Positions 59,453 through 64,000 of a stretch of DNA of 64,000 bases are shown here, piece after piece. The notes under the pieces were generated by a model. The model saw only the letters and a list, made by a program, of their open reading frames with translations, was not told the DNA's origin and did no database searches. Numbering within the stretch: the stretch's first letter is position 1; the number at the start of each line of letters is the position of its first letter. The translations under genes and the position numbers were made by a program. Source of the DNA: Thermoanaerobaculia bacterium (lineage in GTDB: Bacteria; Acidobacteriota; Thermoanaerobaculia; Gp7-AA8); contig DASWMP010000345.1 in assembly GCA_036399695.1 (NCBI GenBank), positions 1,478 through 65,477 of the forward strand, written 5' to 3'.

Positions 59453-62400
59453 CTACCCCGCCCTCAATTGATACCCCATTGCCGTGGGCACGAAACCCTC
59501 TTCCGCCAGAAATGGGGCCAGCGGGCTTCTGGCCACCGGTTCATCGTTCACGTCCACGATCAGCAGCGCCCGGCGGTGCCGCTCTCGCACGAGCGACGCC
59601 AGCGCCTTCGCCACCTCTTTCGCCACGCAGGAGCGCAGCGGCTCGTCTTCCGGCAGGAACAGCGACACCTGCTTCTCACCGCGGCTTACGTACGCGGACA
59701 TCATCCCGTTGACCAGCACCACGTGCGTGCCGACCGTGCGCGAGAGCCTCTCGGCCGTCTCCGGCCACTTGACGATCGTGCCGTAGGGATTCGCCGGGTC
59801 CGTCGAGGCCAGCATCACCGTCTCCGGCGTATCCGGCTCGTCGCGGAAACCGCGCAGCAGGTCGATGGCGCCGGCGGAGGTGAACTGCGTCGCGCCGAGG
59901 CCGGCGACGAAGTAGCCGCGGCGGATGCGTCCCGCTTCCTCCAGCGCCTTGAGGATCGGATAGACGGCGCTGAAGCCGCCGGCGATCCCTTCCGCGCCCG
60001 GCGCTTCGCGCGTCACGAGCCCGTAGCGATTGAGGAGCTGCTGCGCGACAGCGGTGGCGTGCTGCGTCTCGTTCGCCGCCGCCGTGCCGACCAGCGACCA
60101 GCGTCCCTGCGTCGACGCCGGGGCTACGCGGCGCGAGCGGAAGCCGGTCGCGCGCGGCTGCTTCGGCCGCGTGAAAGCGCGCAGCGCGTGGAACGTGTCG
60201 TTCGTGACCACGCCCTTCCAGACCAGGCTCCAGAGCGCGTCGACCAGCTCCGCCGGGAACCCGCCGACGGCGAGCTGCATCTGCGCGAAGAACGTGGCGC
60301 CCGAGGTGCGCAGATGCTCGACGATCTTCGTCTCCAGCTCCGTGAGGCCGGTTGGGCGGTTGGCGGTTGGGCGGTTGGGCGGAGGAGTGCCGACGGCGCC
60401 GCTGTTTGCCTCTGCCCAACCGCCCAACTGCCCAACCGCCCAACTGCTCCGATGCAGCATCGGCAGGTGATCCGTCAGGTACACGGCGATCCGGCCATCG
60501 CGCTCGCCCAGCGGCTCGACGCCGACCCAGACGATCTCGCCGGCAGTGCTGAGGGTGTCGAGGTCCGACGGCTTGTAGTCCTCGAGGCGCGCGTCGAGGA
60601 TCTCCGTCTCGAAGATCGAGGCCGCCATCGGATAGCCCTGCAGCGTCTCGATCGTCTCGAGCAGCGCGTCGAGGCCGCGACGCTTGCGGATGGCGTGCTG
60701 CCAGTGCGTGAACAGCCGCGCCAGCGCCGGCTGGTCGACCGGCTCCGCTTCCTTGCGCAGCTTGGCCAGCGCGCGGCGGCGGATGATGCGCAGCACGTCG
60801 GACTCGACCCACTCCCGCTGCGTGCCGCCCGGGCGGAAGTCCCCTTCGATGAGGCGTCCGCGCTCGACGAACTTCGCCAGCGTCGTGTTCACCACCGCCA
60901 CGCCGAGGCCGTAGCGGCCCGCCAGCTCGGCCGGCGTGAAGGGGCCGTGGCTGCGCGCGTAGCGGAGCACGAGATCCCCCGTGGCGTCGGCCACCGGCTG
61001 GAGGTAGCGCTCGGCGATGCCCTGCGGAAGCGGGACGCCGAGCGCATCGCGATAGCGGGACGCGTCCTCGATGGCGATGAAGCGTTTGTCGCGGGCGATC
61101 GTCACCTCGATGACGCGCCGCGCCTTCGTCAGCTCCGCGATCGACGGCGGCGCGTCGATGAGCGACCGCGCCGCGATCTCATCGACGCTGAGATCGCCGA
61201 GACGCAACAGCAGGTCGTGAATGCCGTCCGTGCTCTTCGCCTTGCGGTTCTCCACGAGATGCTGCAGCTCGAGCTCCGTCTGCTCGATCGAATCGGGATC
61301 GAGCAGCTCGCGCAGCTCCGGCTCGCCGAGGAGCTCGCGCAACTGGTTCTGGTCGATCGCCAGCGCCTGCGCGCGGCGTTCGGCCAGCGGCGCGTCGCCG
61401 TCGTAGAGGAAGTTCGCGACGTAGCGGAACAGCACCGCCGAGGCGAACGGCGACGGCTTGAGCGTGTCGGCCGTGACGACGCGGATCTGCCGCTCCCGGA
61501 TGCGCCGCATCATGTCCACCAGCGCCGGCACGTCGAACACGTCGCGCAGCACCTCGCGGTACGTCTCGAGAATCATCGGAAACGACCCGAAGCGCGACGC
61601 CACCTGCAGCAGGTCGTACGCCCGTTTGCGCTGCTGCCAGAGCGGCGTGCGGCCCTGCGGGCGGCGGCGCGGCAGCAGCAGCGCGCGGGCCGCCGCTTCG
61701 CGGAACTTCGCCGCGAACATCGACGTCGCGCCGAGCTGGCGCACCACGAGCTGCTCCACCTCGTCCGCATCCGGGATCATCAGCTCCGCGGGGGGCGGCT
61801 TCTCGGTCTCGGGGAAACGGATGATGAAGCCGTCGTCCGCCCACATCGTCTCCACGTCGATGGCCAGCTCGTTCCGCACCTTCGCCGCGACGGCCATGGC
61901 CCACGGCGCGTGAATGCGCCCGCCGAACGGCGAGAGCACGCAGACGCGCCAGTCCCCCAGCTCGTCCGTGACCCGCTCGACCACGACCGTGCGGTCATCC
62001 GGAATCGCGCCGGTGGCCTCGTGCTGATCGTCGAGGTACTGCAGCAGGTTCTGCGCGGCCAGGCGGTCGAGGTCGTGCTTCGCCGTCAGCGTGCGGATCG
62101 CATCCGCCGGCTTTGCGGCGCGCAGCTCGCGCACGAGCCGCCCGATCTCGAAGCCGAACGGCACAGTGCGCTCCGCGGAGTCGGCCTTCCAGAACGGCAT
62201 CTTGCCCGGTTGCCCCGGCGCCGGCGTGACGACGACGCGGTCGTGCGTGATCTCTTCGATGCGCCAGGTGGAGGCGCCGAGGACGAACGTCTCGCCGACC
62301 GAGGCCTCGAAGACCATTTCTTCGTCGAGCTCACCGACGCGCGCGCTGGACGTCTTCTCCGCCCCGGCCAGGAAGACGCCGTACAGCCCGCGGTCCGGGA

Positions 62401-64000
62401 TCGTGCCGCCGTTCGTGATGGCCACCCGCTTCGCCCCCTGCCGCGCCGTGACGGTGTTGGCCACGCGGTCCCACGTCAGGCGCGGGCGAAGCTCCGCGAA
62501 TTCGTCGGAAGGATAGAGCCCGGAGAGCATGTCCAGCACGCCGTCGAACGCGCCGCGGCTCAGCTCCGCGTACGACGCGGCGCGGCGGATGGCGCCGTAC
62601 AGATCGTCGACCGGCCAGTCGTCCATCGCCACCATGGCCACGAGGTGCTGGGCCAGGACGTCGAGCGGGTTGCGCGGATAGCGGGTCGGCTCGATGCTGC
62701 CCTCGTGCATGGCCCGCGTCACCGCCGCGCAGGCGACGAGATCGCCCCGGAACTTGGGAAAGATGATGCCGGCGCTGACGGCGCCGACGTGGTGGCTGGC
62801 CCGCCCGATGCGCTGCATCCCGGAAGCAATCGACGGCGGCGACTCGATCTGCACGACGAGGTCGATGGCCCCCATGTCGATCCCCAGCTCGAGCGACGAG
62901 GTGGCCACGAGCGCCGGCAGCCGTCCGGACTTCAGCGCGTCTTCGATCTCCACCCGCTGGGCCCGGGCGATCGACCCGTGATGCGCCTGGACGAGCGTCT
63001 CGCCGGCCAGCTCGTTGAGCGCCGCCGCCAGCCGCTCCGCAAGCCGCCGCGAGTTGACGAAGATCAGGGTCGAGGTGTGCTCGCGAATCAGCTCCAGCAG
63101 CCGCGGATGAATGGCCGGCCAGATCGACGGCCCCTTGAGCCCCTGCGCCGCCGGCCCGCTCGGGATCTCCGTGGCCTCCCCCACTTTGGCCATGTCCTCG
63201 ACCGGCACTTCCACCCGCAGCGAGAGCTTCTTCTTCTCCTCGGTGTTGATGATGGTGACGGGGCGGAAGCGGGCGCGCGTGGTGTCGGTGAATTCCTCCG
63301 CAATTTCCTCGGGGGATTCATGGGACCGATGGGACTCATGGGCTTCGCTCGGCCCAGCCATCTCTCCCATAGGTCCCATGGGTCCCATCGTGGCTTCACA
63401 CCCGCCGAGAAATCTCGCCACCTCCTCCAGCGGATGCTGCGTCGCCGAGAGGCCGATGCGCTGCGGTGGGACCTCACAGCGCATGGCCAGGCGCTCCAGC
63501 GAGAGGGCCATGTGCGCGCCGCGCTTGTTCGGGACCAGGGCGTGGATCTCGTCGATGATGAGCGTCTCCACGCCGAGCAGCGTCTCCCGGGCGTTCGAGG
63601 TCATCATCAGGTAGAGGGATTCGGGGGTGGTGATGAGGATGTCGGCCGGGTCGCGCAGGAAGCGGGCGCGCTCGCTCTGCGGGGTATCGCCGGTCCTGAT
63701 GGCCAGCTCCGGCACGACGAATTCATCCCCTCGGCTGCCCGCGACGTTGGAGATCCCGGCCAAAGGGGCGCGCAAATTGCGCTCGACGTCCACAGCCAGC
63801 GCTTTCAGGGGTGAGACATAGACGACACGACAACGCTTTTCCTTCGCCGGACGGGGCCGGAACATCAGCCGGTCGAGCGCCCAGAGGAACGCCGTGAGCG
63901 TCTTGCCGCTGCCCGTGGGGGCCGTAATGAGCGTCCATTGGCCGGCCGCGATGGCAGGCCAGCCCAGCGACTGCGCGCGCGTCGGGCCGCTGAACGAGGA
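59453..64000 (-). CDS. lhr: Lhr-like large ATP-dependent helicase (5' end beyond the window)
   Basis: Upstream of the track ORF's 'MFRP', translation continues '...WTLITAPTGSGKTLTAFLWALDRL' (Walker A) to the window edge. 'VYVSPLKALAVD', 'LIIDEIHAL' (DExH), helicase C domain and Lhr C-terminal region follow. It contains two in-frame palindrome insertions. Confidence 0.9.
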   Translation of the reverse strand, partial: SSFSGPTRAQSLGWPAIAAGQWTLITAPTGSGKTLTAFLWALDRLMFRPRPAKEKRCRVVYVSPLKALAVDVERNLRAPLAGISNVAGSRGDEFVVPELAIRTGDTPQSERARFLRDPADILITTPESLYLMMTSNARETLLGVETLIIDEIHALVPNKRGAHMALSLERLAMRCEVPPQRIGLSATQHPLEEVARFLGGCEATMGPMGPMGEMAGPSEAHESHRSHESPEEIAEEFTDTTRARFRPVTIINTEEKKKLSLRVEVPVEDMAKVGEATEIPSGPAAQGLKGPSIWPAIHPRLLELIREHTSTLIFVNSRRLAERLAAALNELAGETLVQAHHGSIARAQRVEIEDALKSGRLPALVATSSLELGIDMGAIDLVVQIESPPSIASGMQRIGRASHHVGAVSAGIIFPKFRGDLVACAAVTRAMHEGSIEPTRYPRNPLDVLAQHLVAMVAMDDWPVDDLYGAIRRAASYAELSRGAFDGVLDMLSGLYPSDEFAELRPRLTWDRVANTVTARQGAKRVAITNGGTIPDRGLYGVFLAGAEKTSSARVGELDEEMVFEASVGETFVLGASTWRIEEITHDRVVVTPAPGQPGKMPFWKADSAERTVPFGFEIGRLVRELRAAKPADAIRTLTAKHDLDRLAAQNLLQYLDDQHEATGAIPDDRTVVVERVTDELGDWRVCVLSPFGGRIHAPWAMAVAAKVRNELAIDVETMWADDGFIIRFPETEKPPPAELMIPDADEVEQLVVRQLGATSMFAAKFREAAARALLLPRRRPQGRTPLWQQRKRAYDLLQVASRFGSFPMILETYREVLRDVFDVPALVDMMRRIRERQIRVVTADTLKPSPFASAVLFRYVANFLYDGDAPLAERRAQALAIDQNQLRELLGEPELRELLDPDSIEQTELELQHLVENRKAKSTDGIHDLLLRLGDLSVDEIAARSLIDAPPSIAELTKARRVIEVTIARDKRFIAIEDASRYRDALGVPLPQGIAERYLQPVADATGDLVLRYARSHGPFTPAELAGRYGLGVAVVNTTLAKFVERGRLIEGDFRPGGTQREWVESDVLRIIRRRALAKLRKEAEPVDQPALARLFTHWQHAIRKRRGLDALLETIETLQGYPMAASIFETEILDARLEDYKPSDLDTLSTAGEIVWVGVEPLGERDGRIAVYLTDHLPMLHRSSWAVGQLGGWAEANSGAVGTPPPNRPTANRPTGLTELETKIVEHLRTSGATFFAQMQLAVGGFPAELVDALWSLVWKGVVTNDTFHALRAFTRPKQPRATGFRSRRVAPASTQGRWSLVGTAAANETQHATAVAQQLLNRYGLVTREAPGAEGIAGGFSAVYPILKALEEAGRIRRGYFVAGLGATQFTSAGAIDLLRGFRDEPDTPETVMLASTDPANPYGTIVKWPETAERLSRTVGTHVVLVNGMMSAYVSRGEKQVSLFLPEDEPLRSCVAKEVAKALASLVRERHRRALLIVDVNDEPVARSPLAPFLAEEGFVPTAMGYQLRAG
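60350..60447. repeat. Hairpin of family C with (GTTGGGC) arms, lying in-frame inside lhr
   Basis: ggttgggcggttggcggttgggcggttgggcgg ... cccaaccgcccaactgcccaaccgcccaactg. Encodes '...GTPPPNRPTANRPTG...' within the helicase ORF without breaking the frame. Confidence 0.7.
63318..63390. repeat. Hairpin of family C with (ATGGGAC) arms, lying in-frame inside lhr
   Basis: tcatgggaccgatgggactcatggg ... cccataggtcccatgggtcccatcg. Encodes 'MGPMGPMGEMAGPSEAHESHRSHESP' in frame. Confidence 0.7.

Noticed and set aside
59372-63814. 1480-aa ORF on the + strand
   Set aside because: It is antisense to the Lhr helicase gene and is an Arg/Ala/Gly-rich open frame typical of high-GC DNA.

Overview
This is a high-GC (roughly two-thirds G+C) bacterial chromosomal segment carrying about 60 protein-coding genes and no rRNA, tRNA or CRISPR. 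I cannot assign it to a taxon with confidence; by inference only, it looks like a Gram-negative soil bacterium of the Acidobacteriota or Gemmatimonadota type (stacked secreted amidohydrolases, CarboxypepD_reg proteins, TonB receptor). Genes I recognise with confidence: trmFO, uvrA, an Fpg/Nei glycosylase, an Lhr helicase (its 5' end runs off the window), cutA, mtgA, a standalone LigD polymerase (NHEJ PolDom), an arylsulfatase, a TonB-dependent receptor, a tyrosinase, a GGDEF-EAL protein, a CHASE3-GAF histidine kinase, an ABC exporter, three tandem secreted amidohydrolases, two SLT lytic transglycosylases, a DedA protein, a VWA protein and an M15-like peptidase. Accessory and toxin-like content includes a BrnT-like toxin gene, a Doc/Fic toxin gene with an odd upstream region, a nucleotidyltransferase pair, and a lower-GC islet carrying a PD-(D/E)xK nuclease-like gene and a neighbouring hypothetical. 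The most unusual feature is non-coding: the window is littered with at least three families of palindromic elements. (1) A REP-like family with consensus GGAGTGCGGYGGCG...CGCCRCCGCACTCC. (2) A MITE-like family of about 190-220 bp with GC-rich GGGGCTCGGGGC termini and internal GGGACAGACACTC palindromes; two inverted copies of it bracket a roughly 9 kb c-di-GMP module (GGDEF-EAL, ABC exporter, PilZ-X, GAF kinase, PilZ-X). (3) A family of long hairpins whose arms are tandem 6-9 nt repeats; these overlap gene ends and sit in-frame at two places inside the Lhr helicase ORF. Other items worth a second look are a Cys-rich secreted peptide co-operonic with a 710-aa multi-CarboxypepD_reg protein and a PDZ protein; a tyrosinase-HEAT-Sco-like putative copper-delivery cluster; a 21-bp AT-rich repeat array upstream of the sulfatase; and a 6 x 63-bp tandem repeat.
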